From NCBI GenBank assembly GCA_964501335.1, contig CAZCTC010000010.1:128001-160759 (forward strand): a stretch of DNA of 32,759 nt, given 5' to 3'. Each line of letters starts with the position of its first letter. Position 1 is the stretch's first letter. Position numbers and translations under genes: made by a program. Shown in pieces: positions 25,106-32,759 of this stretch. Origin of the DNA: an uncultured Anaerolineales bacterium (GTDB lineage Bacteria > Chloroflexota > Anaerolineae > B4-G1 > SLSP01). Under the pieces are notes generated by a model. That model was not told the DNA's origin. It did no database searches and saw only the letters and a program-made list of their open reading frames with translations.

Positions 25106-25779
25106 GCTAGAGCTTCGGTGATCAATTTGACGGCGCGGGCCTGATCGATGACGCCGGTGTTGATGACCAGATCGTAGAGCAGGGGGTCCAGCCAGTTGAC
25201 CCCGAAGTAGCGCCGCATATACTGAGTGCGGATTTTATCGCTTTGGCGAACCCGTTTTTGAGCTTCTTGCGGGCTTATTTTCATCCGTTCGGCGATCGTT
25301 TGGACTCGTTGGGCCTCCGGTGCGACGATCAACACGCGCAAGATAGCAGGTGTGTCGCGCAGGATAATCTGGCCTCCCCGTCCCACGATGAGGGCATCAC
25401 CTTCTTGGGCGAATTCTCGGATGACCTGACGTACGAGATCGATGTAATAGTTGCTGGATTCCAGCGGCGAGCTTTCGGGGTAGAGCATCCAATCGTTGTA
25501 GATATAGGGTTCGCGTAGGCTGGCGCTGGGGACCAGAGGGACGAGGGGCATGAGGGACATGGATTGCAGGATGCGGTGGATTAACTGCGGGGCGATATTT
25601 CCAGATTCCCGAATTTCCATTTCATTGATCAGGGATTCCTGGTTGCCGCCGGCAATCTCGGCGGCTCGTTGTAAAATTTCCCGATCCAGGTAGCGCATTT
25701 TGAGGATTGCGGCCACTTCCGTAGCGATGTAACTGCCTTGACTGCCAAGTTGCCTTGAGAGGGTGATTACGTTGTTCAT
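25102..25779 (-). CDS. Cytidylate-kinase-like family protein (Cytidylate_kin2 / AAA_28-type small NTP-binding protein)
   Basis: Family-typical N-terminus ITLSRQLGSQGSYIATEVAAILKMRYLDREIL. SD ggagg before ATG (25777-25779 on the minus strand). 225 aa. Confidence 0.75.
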   Translation of the reverse strand: MNNVITLSRQLGSQGSYIATEVAAILKMRYLDREILQRAAEIAGGNQESLINEMEIRESGNIAPQLIHRILQSMSLMPLVPLVPSASLREPYIYNDWMLYPESSPLESSNYYIDLVRQVIREFAQEGDALIVGRGGQIILRDTPAILRVLIVAPEAQRVQTIAERMKISPQEAQKRVRQSDKIRTQYMRRYFGVNWLDPLLYDLVINTGVIDQARAVKLITEALA

Positions 25780-25935
25780 ATCTGGCCTCCAGGTTCCGGA
25801 GCTGATAGTTTAAGTCTAGCACAGCCTGCTTGCTTTGCAATTCATTCGCATTAAAATCTTACCTGTGCGGTGGGCATTTTTAATCCCGCTTTTTTGGGCT
25901 ACTGTACAGGCCGTTAAAATCGAAGGGAGCAATTG

Positions 25936-26295
25936 ATGGAGAATCGATCCAGACCCGGGTTGGAACCGGTGGAACAGTTGATTGAACGGCTGGGGGCCGG
26001 GGCTGCCTTTGGGGCGCCGACGCAGGTTGAAGGCGGCACGGTCATCCCGGCGGCGGAAGTTCAGATCGGCTTTGATTATAGTGCCGGGGCCGATTCTGAA
26101 AACGGCGCTGGCCGGGCGCATGCCTGGGGCAAAGCGGCTCCGCGCGGATTTATTCAGGCTACCGAACAGGGCATCGGCTACCGTCCGGCGGTCGATCCGG
26201 TGCGGATTGTCATTGCTTCTTTGTTGACCTGGGGTTGGACGGTTTACTGGATCACGCATATGGTGCGGGCTCTGGCCCGGCGCCCCAAAGGGTGA
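25936..26295 (+). CDS. GerW / YtfJ-family (sporulation/germination-associated) small protein
   Basis: SD aagggag 25923-25929. Pattern L.ERL....AFG.P.QVEGGTVIPAAEVQIGFDYSAGA...G...A.G then a C-terminal hydrophobic segment, as in the YtfJ/GerW family. Confidence 0.65.
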   Translation: MENRSRPGLEPVEQLIERLGAGAAFGAPTQVEGGTVIPAAEVQIGFDYSAGADSENGAGRAHAWGKAAPRGFIQATEQGIGYRPAVDPVRIVIASLLTWGWTVYWITHMVRALARRPKG

Positions 26296-26340
26296 AAATG
26301 CAGCGGAAGTAGACAGCATCAAGTAGACAGTAGACAGCCT

Positions 26341-26813
26341 GTGTCGCCGGGGCAGCTCTGGAAAGGGCTATGTTTTCGTGCTTAGCCCTCACCCCAACCC
26401 CTCCCCATGCAGTAGTACCGGTGTAGCGCGCTTTCGGGTGATTCCTGGTGAAGATGCGCGGCCGGCATGGAGGTGAGGGGCTTAAGATGACGTCGCCGGG
26501 GCGGCTCTGGAAAGGGCTATGTTTTCGTGCTTAGCCCTCACCCCAACCCCTCCCCATGCAGTAGTACCGGTGTAGCGCGCTTTCGGGTGATTCCTGGTGA
26601 AGATGCGCGGCCGGCATGGAGGTGAGGGGCTTAAGATGACGTCGCCGGGGCGGCTCTGGAAAGGGCTATGTTTTCGTGCGCATCAGAATGCGCACGAAAA
26701 CATCAACAAAAAACTCTCTCCCGATCCTGCGCGGCGTAGCTTAGGGGGAAAGTATCATTTGCGGGACGCCACAGGGTTGACCTGTTTTCAGGACCGTCGT
26801 GAGGTGATTTATG
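26341..26813 (+). repeat. Copy D of the composite repeat. It contains a 148-bp unit tandemly duplicated 2.3 times (26345-26640). Each complete unit splits the family hairpin with a 111-bp insert bounded by imperfect inverted repeats (ttagccctcacc ... ggtgaggggcttaa). The intact hairpin TATGTTTTCGTGCGCA-TCAGAA-TGCGCACGAAAACAT lies at 26667-26703, followed by the cctgcgcggcgta and catttgcgggacgc boxes and ttttcaggac...ATG.
   Basis: Units 26345-26492 and 26493-26640 are identical except for one base (gcagctctgg vs gcggctctgg). The third unit continues into the intact hairpin. All boxes match the other copies. Confidence 0.7.
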
Positions 26814-26948
26814 CCTTTTGTGGAAGAAACCGATCAACAAATTACCCTTGAGTTCAATTTTCTGGATATCCCCCTGTTGATTTATATGCCGGGTAGCACA
26901 AAGCCGCTTGTTCATTATCCCGATAATCGAAGTAAAAGGTAGGGTGAA
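26811..26948 (+). CDS. Possible 45-aa small ORF (MPFVEETDQQITLEFNFLDIPLLIYMPGSTKPLVHYPDNRSKR). Its ATG is supplied by the 3' end of repeat copy D and its stop abuts the SD of the next gene.
   Basis: SD-like gaggtga 5 nt before the ATG. Unbiased composition. No homology I can recognise. Below the ORF-track length cut-off. Confidence 0.2.
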
Positions 26949-27455
26949 ATGAAGCGGATCAAATTGCTGAGGCCTATGCGAGAGCCACCGCGTTACGATG
27001 TCTATCTGGTTCTGCGCGAGCGGATTTTGACGACTCGTCCCGAGGATCTGGGCGTGCCGGCCGAGACGGAAGGCCGGGAGCCCTGGGGTGTTTTGATGGA
27101 AATGGCCTATCCTGACGGCATGGCTTCGCTGGTGGCGATGGGAACGGGGGATGCCAGCCTCTATTTCAGCAGCGGACAGGGGGTCCTGGGTGATCTCCAT
27201 CAGCGACGGGTACGCCAGGCAACCCAGGCTTTTGTCAAGGCGGCGCGGCATTATCTTTCCTGGATGTTGCCGGCTGAGCAGTGTCCTTTACCCGGGATGG
27301 GACAGGCGCGGTTCTATATTTTGACACCGGATGGGGTCTTTACTGCGGAGGCCGGGATCATGGAGCTGATCGGGCGACGGCATTCTCTGGCCCCTTTCTT
27401 TTATGCCGGGCAGGATGTGATTACAGGGCTGCGAATGGCGACGGAAAAGCAATAA
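26949..27455 (+). CDS. Hypothetical protein (168 aa)
   Basis: ORF with SD aaggtagggtga. No motif I can name. Confidence 0.5.
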   Translation: MKRIKLLRPMREPPRYDVYLVLRERILTTRPEDLGVPAETEGREPWGVLMEMAYPDGMASLVAMGTGDASLYFSSGQGVLGDLHQRRVRQATQAFVKAARHYLSWMLPAEQCPLPGMGQARFYILTPDGVFTAEAGIMELIGRRHSLAPFFYAGQDVITGLRMATEKQ

Positions 27456-27474
27456 TCATAGAAGGAGCTGATGA

Positions 27475-28452
27475 ATGATCCGTTCGGTTTATCATCCCAA
27501 AGCTGGGCCGGTGGAGTTCAATATAGATTTCAATCGGCTGAAGGTCGCCGTTGAGGATCGTGAAGGTATGGTGTGGGTCAGTCTGGAGCATGCCTCAACG
27601 GATGAGGTCTATGCGGTACTGCGCGATATCTTTCATTTTCACCCGCTGGCGATTGAAGATTGTCTGAGTGAGGAGTATCAGCCTCCCAAGGTAGACGATT
27701 TTGACGATTATATTTTTGTGATCATGCATGCTCTCCGGCCGGAATTTCCTCTTGATCAGCTCGATACGAGGGAGTTGAATTGTTTCCTGGGGTGTAATTA
27801 TGTGGTTACCTCGACGGTTGCGGAGGTTATGCCGCCGGTACAGGATGTCTGGGACCGAATCAAGCGGGATGAGCGGTTGTTGCATCGCGGCGCTGATTTC
27901 CTTTGCCATGCCCTGTTGGATGCACTGGTCGATAATTACATGCCGATCCTGGACATTATGGATGAACAGCTGGATCGGTTGGAGGCCGAGGTGTTGGATC
28001 GGCCCCGCGCCGATACCTTGCAGCAGATTTTAGGACTCAAACACAGTGTATTGGTATTGCGGCGGGTGGTTTCACCTCAACGCGAGGTGATGAACCGGCT
28101 CAGCCGTGACGAATTTGCTCAGATCACCGAGGATCGGCGCATCTATTTCCGGGATATTTACGACCATCTGGTGCGGGTCAATGATCTGAGCGAGTCGGTG
28201 CGGGATGTCATCAGCGGGACGCTCGATACCTATCTTTCGGTGACATCCAATCGGCTCAATGAAGTGATGAAGGCTCTGACCGTGGTTTCGACGATTTTTC
28301 TGCCGCTTTCTTTTATTGCCGGGGTTTATGGGATGAACTTCGAGTTTATGCCGGAATTGCACTGGCGGTACGGCTATCTTTTTGTCTGGGCTGTTTTCAT
28401 TGGGGTGGCCTGGTTTATGGTGCGGATTTTCAGGAGGCAGGGGTGGTGGTGA
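27475..28452 (+). CDS. corA: Magnesium/cobalt transporter CorA
   Basis: SD gaaggag. Cytoplasmic domain then two C-terminal TM helices with the signature GMNFEFMPEL (GMN motif). Confidence 0.9.
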   Translation: MIRSVYHPKAGPVEFNIDFNRLKVAVEDREGMVWVSLEHASTDEVYAVLRDIFHFHPLAIEDCLSEEYQPPKVDDFDDYIFVIMHALRPEFPLDQLDTRELNCFLGCNYVVTSTVAEVMPPVQDVWDRIKRDERLLHRGADFLCHALLDALVDNYMPILDIMDEQLDRLEAEVLDRPRADTLQQILGLKHSVLVLRRVVSPQREVMNRLSRDEFAQITEDRRIYFRDIYDHLVRVNDLSESVRDVISGTLDTYLSVTSNRLNEVMKALTVVSTIFLPLSFIAGVYGMNFEFMPELHWRYGYLFVWAVFIGVAWFMVRIFRRQGWW

Positions 28453-28453
28453 A

Positions 28454-29449
28454 ATGGAACTGGATTGGTTTGAGGTAAATCGTGCGGCTGTTCAGCAGCG
28501 GGTCGCCTGGCTGAAAACTGAAATGGACGGGGTGGTATATGTGGGTTCTTCAGCTTTACACGATCTGGTGGTGACGAAGTCGGGATCGTGGCTGGAGCTG
28601 GGTTTTGTCGATCCTACGTCTGATGAAGTCATGTCCCGGCTCGATCTCGACGATCCTTTGAATTTACTTTCTCCTTATATGCAGTCGATGATGCTGGGAC
28701 TTCTCTGGCGTCCTGAGCCGCAGCAAGCCTATCTGATCGGGTTTGGCGGCGGCAATATCCCCCTGGTTTTACATCATTACTATCCCGAATTGACGATTGA
28801 GAGTGCGGAGATCGATCCTGAGGTTGTGCGGCTGGCCTGCGCTTATTTTGGGGTGGTTCCGGATGACCGGTTGCGAGTTGCGGTGGAAGATGGACGTGCC
28901 GGGCTGGAGCGAGGAATGCCGGGACAGTATGATATGGTCTTTGTCGATGCCTTTCGCGGGACGGGCTATGGGCCATATCATTTGGGGACCCTGGAATTTT
29001 TCCAGCTTTGTAAGGAACGATTGGTCGACGGGGGCGTGTTGGCGATCAATCTCTATCGGGGCGATTTTCTCTGTTGGGAGAAGATGAAGACCCTGATGAC
29101 GGTCTTCCCGGAAGTGCTCTGTGTGCCTTTGCACAATGCCGCCGTCCTTTTTGCTTCCAATGCGCGGCCGGGTGATATTGAAGCCCGTCTGGCCGGGTTA
29201 CAGGAACGGCATCATTTTACTTTTCCTTTTGTAACACAGGGGCGAAAGTTGATGCCGCTCTTAGAACTGGCGGCGATGAATGGGGCTGATTGGCACGCGG
29301 CGCCGATTTTGCGGGATGGGGAGCTGCCGCCGGGGTATTGCGAGCAGATTTCGGGACGCAGTACGATTTTCAGGAAGGCTTTGCCGGAGGATCTCTGTCC
29401 CTGCGGTTCAGGGAAGCTGCTCAAAGTGTGTCATGGTCGGGATCAATAA
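28454..29449 (+). CDS. Spermidine/spermine-synthase-like class I SAM-dependent methyltransferase-fold protein with a C-terminal SEC-C metal-binding motif
   Basis: ATG 1 nt after the corA stop. YLIGFGGGNIPLVLHHY (Gly-rich SAM/dcSAM loop). ESAEIDPEVV. YDMVFVDAF. C-terminal CPCGSGKLLKVCHG, which is the SEC-C motif as at the SecA C-terminus. Confidence 0.75.
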   Translation: MELDWFEVNRAAVQQRVAWLKTEMDGVVYVGSSALHDLVVTKSGSWLELGFVDPTSDEVMSRLDLDDPLNLLSPYMQSMMLGLLWRPEPQQAYLIGFGGGNIPLVLHHYYPELTIESAEIDPEVVRLACAYFGVVPDDRLRVAVEDGRAGLERGMPGQYDMVFVDAFRGTGYGPYHLGTLEFFQLCKERLVDGGVLAINLYRGDFLCWEKMKTLMTVFPEVLCVPLHNAAVLFASNARPGDIEARLAGLQERHHFTFPFVTQGRKLMPLLELAAMNGADWHAAPILRDGELPPGYCEQISGRSTIFRKALPEDLCPCGSGKLLKVCHGRDQ

Positions 29450-29463
29450 ATCAATTTTTCGTG

Positions 29464-29501
29464 GCCGCCTTCTAAGGCGACCACGAAAAATCAAAAAAGT
29501 T
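29464..29501 (+). repeat. Hairpin family member ATTTTTCGTGGCCGCC-TTCTAA-GGCGACCACGAAAAAT (one C.A mismatch; loop variant TTCTAA) directly after the methyltransferase stop
   Basis: Inverted repeat read from the sequence with the same T5-stem-loop-stem-A5 layout as the other copies. It sits 35 bp upstream of the next hairpin. Confidence 0.6.
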
Positions 29502-29514
29502 ATCCATCTATGCA

Positions 29515-29645
29515 GTTGGTTGGGAGAAAAATCTATTTTTTCGCGCGCCGTCTGCGGCGCGCGAAAAAATAAACAAAAAAATTTCCCCCATCCAGCGTGT
29601 CGTTTCGAGCCGAACAAAAGCCTTTTGCGGGACGCTAAAATGCTA
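29515..29645 (+). repeat. Repeat copy with hairpin TATTTTTTCGCGCGCC-GTCTGC-GGCGCGCGAAAAAATA (29534-29571), then aaacaaaaaaatttccccc, tccagcgtgtcgt and ttttgcgggacgctaaaa boxes, in the convergent gap between the methyltransferase gene and obg
   Basis: The hairpin core is identical to the one at 9741-9774. Flank boxes match copy B. Confidence 0.7.
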
Positions 29646-29662
29646 ACCGCACAAGTTGAAAA

Positions 29663-30931
29663 TTATTCTTCTTCGCGCCACTCCAATTCGTAATCCCCAA
29701 TGCGTACCAGATCGCCCTCCTGGACTCCGGCTTTGCGCAGCGCAGAGAGCACTCCCTGGTGTTCCAGATAGCGGTGTAACCGCATCAACGCATCATCCAT
29801 ATTCAACGGTGTCCGGCGAACGGCCCGTTCGATCTTGCCGTTGGTGACCCGCCAGATGCCGTCGTAATCGCGTTCTACTACGACCGGTTCCTCGGGTTCG
29901 GGCCGGAAGACCGGCGTCTGAATTTCTTCCGCGGGCGGCGGTGGGGTTTCCTGCAACAGCTGATAGGCCCGGCCCAACAGCGGGCGCAGGTTTTCCGTGG
30001 TGGCGCCGGAAATACCCCAGACTTCATAGCCCATCTTTTCCAGCGCTTCTTTGATGGTGGGGAAGGCTTCCCGGGCTTCGGGAATATCCAGTTTGTTTAC
30101 GGCCACGATTTGCGGCCGTTCGGCCAATCCATGGCCGAAGGCGGCCAGTTCCGCATTGATGGTGGTGAAATCCTCGATGGGATCTTCTGCCGAGCCGTCC
30201 AGCAGATGGAGCAGGATGCGGGTCCGCTCGATATGTTTCAGAAATTCCAATCCGAGCCCTTTGCCTTCGCTGGCGCCTTCGATCAGGCCTGGAAGGTCTG
30301 CCAGCACAAAGGTGTTATTGGTACTCAACGCGACGACGCCCAGGATGGGATGGAGGGTGGTGAAGGGGTAATCGGCGATGGCCGGTTTGGCGGCCGTCGT
30401 GGCGGCCAGCAGCGTGGATTTGCCGGCATTGGGCTTGCCGACCAGACCGACATCGGCCAGCAATTTCAACTCCAGATGAATCCAGCGATCTTCGCCGGGT
30501 TCCCCGTGTTCTGCGATGCGGGGGGCGCGATTGTTGGACGTCACGAAATGTTTATTGCCTCGTCCGCCCCGGCCGCCCCGGGCCACGACGTAACGGGTCC
30601 CTTTTTCGGTCAGATCGGCGAGCAGTTCCCCGGTTTCGGCATCGCGGACCATCGTGCCGGGGGGGACGAGAATGACCATGTCCTTGCCGGCGGCGCCATA
30701 TTGATCCTTGTTGCGGCCGTTCTCGCCGTTGTCGGCGAGAAACTGGGGGTGGTGGGCAAACATGTAGAGGGTGTTGAGATGGGTATCAACTTCCAGGACG
30801 ATGTCCCCGCCCTTGCCGCCGTCGCCGCCGGAGGGGCCGCCGAAGGGGACATACTTTTCACGCCGGAACATGGCGGCACCGTTGCCGCCGTCGCCGGCCT
30901 TAACGTAAATTTTCACTTCATCGTAAAACAT
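29663..30931 (-). CDS. obg: GTPase Obg/CgtA
   Basis: N-terminal Obg fold MFYDEVKIYVKAGDGGNGAAMFRREKYVPFGGPSGGDGGKGGDIVLEVD. G1 GKPNAGKST. G3 DLPG. G4 NKLD. C-terminal OCT-like domain. Confidence 0.95.
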   Translation of the reverse strand: MFYDEVKIYVKAGDGGNGAAMFRREKYVPFGGPSGGDGGKGGDIVLEVDTHLNTLYMFAHHPQFLADNGENGRNKDQYGAAGKDMVILVPPGTMVRDAETGELLADLTEKGTRYVVARGGRGGRGNKHFVTSNNRAPRIAEHGEPGEDRWIHLELKLLADVGLVGKPNAGKSTLLAATTAAKPAIADYPFTTLHPILGVVALSTNNTFVLADLPGLIEGASEGKGLGLEFLKHIERTRILLHLLDGSAEDPIEDFTTINAELAAFGHGLAERPQIVAVNKLDIPEAREAFPTIKEALEKMGYEVWGISGATTENLRPLLGRAYQLLQETPPPPAEEIQTPVFRPEPEEPVVVERDYDGIWRVTNGKIERAVRRTPLNMDDALMRLHRYLEHQGVLSALRKAGVQEGDLVRIGDYELEWREEE

Positions 30932-31024
30932 TCAGGTTCCTCGCTTTGGTTACACTGCGCCCTCTACGTATACTACATAGTTGCAGAAAAGTCAAAAAAG
31001 AAAGTAGACAGGAAGATTGCACGG

Positions 31025-31125
31025 GTTGGAAAAAAGTCCGTGTTTTTGCGCGCATTCTGATGCGCGCAAAAACACAAACAAAAACTCTCTCCGTTTATCC
31101 CGCGCGTCGTTTTTTACCAGGAAAG
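31025..31125 (+). repeat. Repeat copy with hairpin TGTTTTTGCGCGCA-TTCTGA-TGCGCGCAAAAACA (31041-31074), then aaacaaaaactctctcc and cccgcgcgtcgt boxes, between the obg start and the MFS gene end
   Basis: The hairpin core is identical to the one at 9965-10002. Flank boxes match. Confidence 0.7.
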
Positions 31126-31141
31126 CACCGGCTGTGGGGCG

Positions 31142-32416
31142 TTAATTTTTTCCCAATTTCACTTTTTTAAAGAACATAAAGGCCAGAGCATTGATCAGGA
31201 TGGCCGCGATGAAAAGTGCCGACATGCCGAAGAGATCGACCAGGCCGCCGCAGAGTCCGCTCAGGATCAGGGTGACCCCGAAAACGGTATTGGCAAAGCC
31301 TATCGCCAACGTTCGATCATCGGCGGGAATAATTTCCATCAGCAGCGTTTGGCCGGAGATGGCTTCCATGGGACTGAGCAGGCCTACCAGGGCAAAGATC
31401 GGATAGGCGGCCATGTAGGCGGGGAAGGGGAAGCCCGGCGCGAAAAGTCGACTGCTCAACAGGTCCAGGCCGAGCGCCAGTATGGCCAGCAATCCCCAGC
31501 CCAGAGCGGCCCCGCACAAAATCCAGCGGTGTCCCCGCCGATCTGCGATCCAGCCCCAGGGGTAGTTGGCGATCAATCTGAAAAAGGTCACGATGGTCAG
31601 ATAGTCGGTAGCGGCCTGGGCCGGGGCCTGGAGGGTGCGCTGGGCCTGGAGTGAATAGAAGGGGATTACGATCATGCCCAAAAAGAGAAAGCTGCGCCCC
31701 AACACCATATTTCGATAGGTGGCGTCATTTTTTAGATAATTCCAGCCGCGGCGCAGTTGATTACTGAGGGAGTTGACTGCGCGGGTGGGGCCCGGCGGTT
31801 CTTTGGTCAATGAGAAGATGACCAGAGCCAGGCCTCCTACGATGGCGGAGATGAAGATCAGGAGGGCGTAGTTGCGGGGGAAAGAGAGGCCGCCGCTGAG
31901 GATCGGGCCGATGATCTGGACGCCGGCGAGGGCCAGCAGGCCGGCGCTGAGCTGGCGTAAGGCGAACATTCGCCCGCGTTGATGGGGAGCGATGGTTTTG
32001 ACCGTCACTTCCAGGAAGGGGATGCCGGCCAGTCCGGAGGTAACCCGTCCGGCGAAGTAGATCAGGTAAAAGGCGACCAGCAACGCCGTCGGTTCGCGAA
32101 TCCACCAGAGGGCGGCGGCCAGGGAGAGCCAGGTTGCCACCCGGACGATGGTCAGCCAGCGGTAGATGATGATCTGGCGAGGGAATTTTTGCAGCCAGCC
32201 GGAGATGAAGATTTGGGGAAGATACCAGCCTCCGGTGTTGATGGGAGCGATGAGCCCTAACAGGATGTTGGATTGGGTGAGCTGGCTGGCGAACCAGAGG
32301 AGTACCAGATTGGCATCCATGAGGGCGTCGGAGAAAGTGGAGATTCCGCCGTTGGCGACATTGAGTGCAAAGGCTTCCCGGCTTTCGCGCGGAGTGAGTT
32401 GTTCTGTTTGGGCCAT
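31142..32416 (-). CDS. MFS (major facilitator superfamily) transporter, 12 TM predicted
   Basis: 424 aa, hydrophobic throughout. MFS motif-A-like GWIADRRGHRWIL and GRVTSGLAG segments. SD aggatgaa before the minus-strand ATG. Confidence 0.85.
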   Translation of the reverse strand: MAQTEQLTPRESREAFALNVANGGISTFSDALMDANLVLLWFASQLTQSNILLGLIAPINTGGWYLPQIFISGWLQKFPRQIIIYRWLTIVRVATWLSLAAALWWIREPTALLVAFYLIYFAGRVTSGLAGIPFLEVTVKTIAPHQRGRMFALRQLSAGLLALAGVQIIGPILSGGLSFPRNYALLIFISAIVGGLALVIFSLTKEPPGPTRAVNSLSNQLRRGWNYLKNDATYRNMVLGRSFLFLGMIVIPFYSLQAQRTLQAPAQAATDYLTIVTFFRLIANYPWGWIADRRGHRWILCGAALGWGLLAILALGLDLLSSRLFAPGFPFPAYMAAYPIFALVGLLSPMEAISGQTLLMEIIPADDRTLAIGFANTVFGVTLILSGLCGGLVDLFGMSALFIAAILINALAFMFFKKVKLGKN

Positions 32417-32499
32417 GATATAAGTTCATCCTGTTGATCTGAGCATAGATGGGGCCATTCTACCTCAGCATTCTTGTGGGACAAGAGCCCATCTTTTGG

Positions 32500-32759
32500 G
32501 GCCCCCGGCATGGCCGTCTGTCCTGAAAATAGCCCCGTCTAAGGTGCGACGCACTTTCTATCCCTGAAACCGACGATTCAAACGACTCAACGTGGGAACA
32601 AGTCGTCTGTCCTTGCAAGATCAGAGTGCGTTGCACCTCTTTGAGAAATCCTCCTCACCCGCACAAGGCCCCTCTCCCGTAAGCTACGCCGCGCAGGATA
32701 GGGGGAGAGTTTTTTTGTTTATGTTTTCGCGGGCTTCAGAAAGCCCGCGAAAACATAGG
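32500..32759 (-). repeat. Minus-oriented copy of the composite repeat (hairpin TATGTTTTCGCGGGCTT-TCAGAA-AGCCCGCGAAAACATA at 32720-32757; cctgcgcggcgtagctta and ctattttcaggacagacggccATG boxes) upstream of the MFS gene. Cut by the window end.
   Basis: The reverse complement aligns with copy D (26700-26800) and with the 3' module of copies A and B. Its ATG at 32509-32511 opens a frame that runs out of phase into the MFS start. Confidence 0.65.

Noticed and set aside
9741-31074. TTCTGA-loop hairpins as bidirectional rho-independent terminators
   Set aside because: On both strands the T-run is 5' of the stem and the A-run 3', so transcripts would carry a 5' U-tract and a 3' A-tract. The 3' U-tract that intrinsic termination needs is missing.
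8388-32759. Whether the recurring hairpins form a CRISPR array
   Set aside because: Spacing is irregular (35 bp to many kb). Stems differ between copies. Copies lie in separate intergenic gaps in both orientations. There is no leader or cas operon.
1-32759. Prophage, integron, insertion sequence or transposase genes, or toxin-antitoxin pairs
   Set aside because: I scanned all ORFs of 60 aa or more in six frames and found no integrase, transposase, recombinase, phage structural or toxin-antitoxin signatures. Mobility signals are limited to the non-coding repeat elements.

Overview
High-GC (roughly 60% by eye) bacterial chromosomal segment, coded almost entirely on the + strand and dominated by signal transduction. 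It holds five sensor histidine kinases (87-3122, 3798-4880, 16313-18343, 18340-20409, 21854-23659) but only one response regulator (NarL/LuxR type, 6672-7298). Other genes: a membrane-anchored Cas4-like PD-(D/E)XK nuclease, a secreted hypothetical protein, an SPFH/band-7 protein, an S9 (prolyl-oligopeptidase family) peptidase followed by a DUF58 / DUF4129 / MoxR AAA+ module, an ABC permease plus ATPase pair, a cytidylate-kinase-like protein (-), a GerW/YtfJ-like protein, CorA translationally coupled to a spermidine-synthase-like methyltransferase with a C-terminal SEC-C motif, the Obg GTPase (-) and an MFS transporter (-). I found no rRNA, tRNA, CRISPR array, transposase or integrase. The most striking signal is non-coding. 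Nearly every larger intergenic gap carries copies of a composite repeat family built round a perfect 14-17 bp hairpin with a conserved hexaloop TTCTGA (variants GTCTGC and TTCTAA; sometimes inverted to TCAGAA) and covarying stems. There are at least 11 hairpins in 32.7 kb. Copies share conserved flanking boxes and a 3' module ending in AGGA...ATG that supplies start codons. One copy is bounded by 18-bp perfect terminal inverted repeats, and another carries a 148-bp tandem duplication with a nested inverted-repeat-bounded insert. A roughly 4-kb AT-richer island (18340 to about 22380) holds a tandem-paralogous kinase, two small proteins built from an unrecognised repeated ~85-aa WW-motif domain, and the membrane domain of a third kinase whose junction with native-composition sequence lies inside the gene. 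The taxon cannot be assigned from sequence alone; the gene set is merely compatible with Chloroflexota-like organisms (inference).
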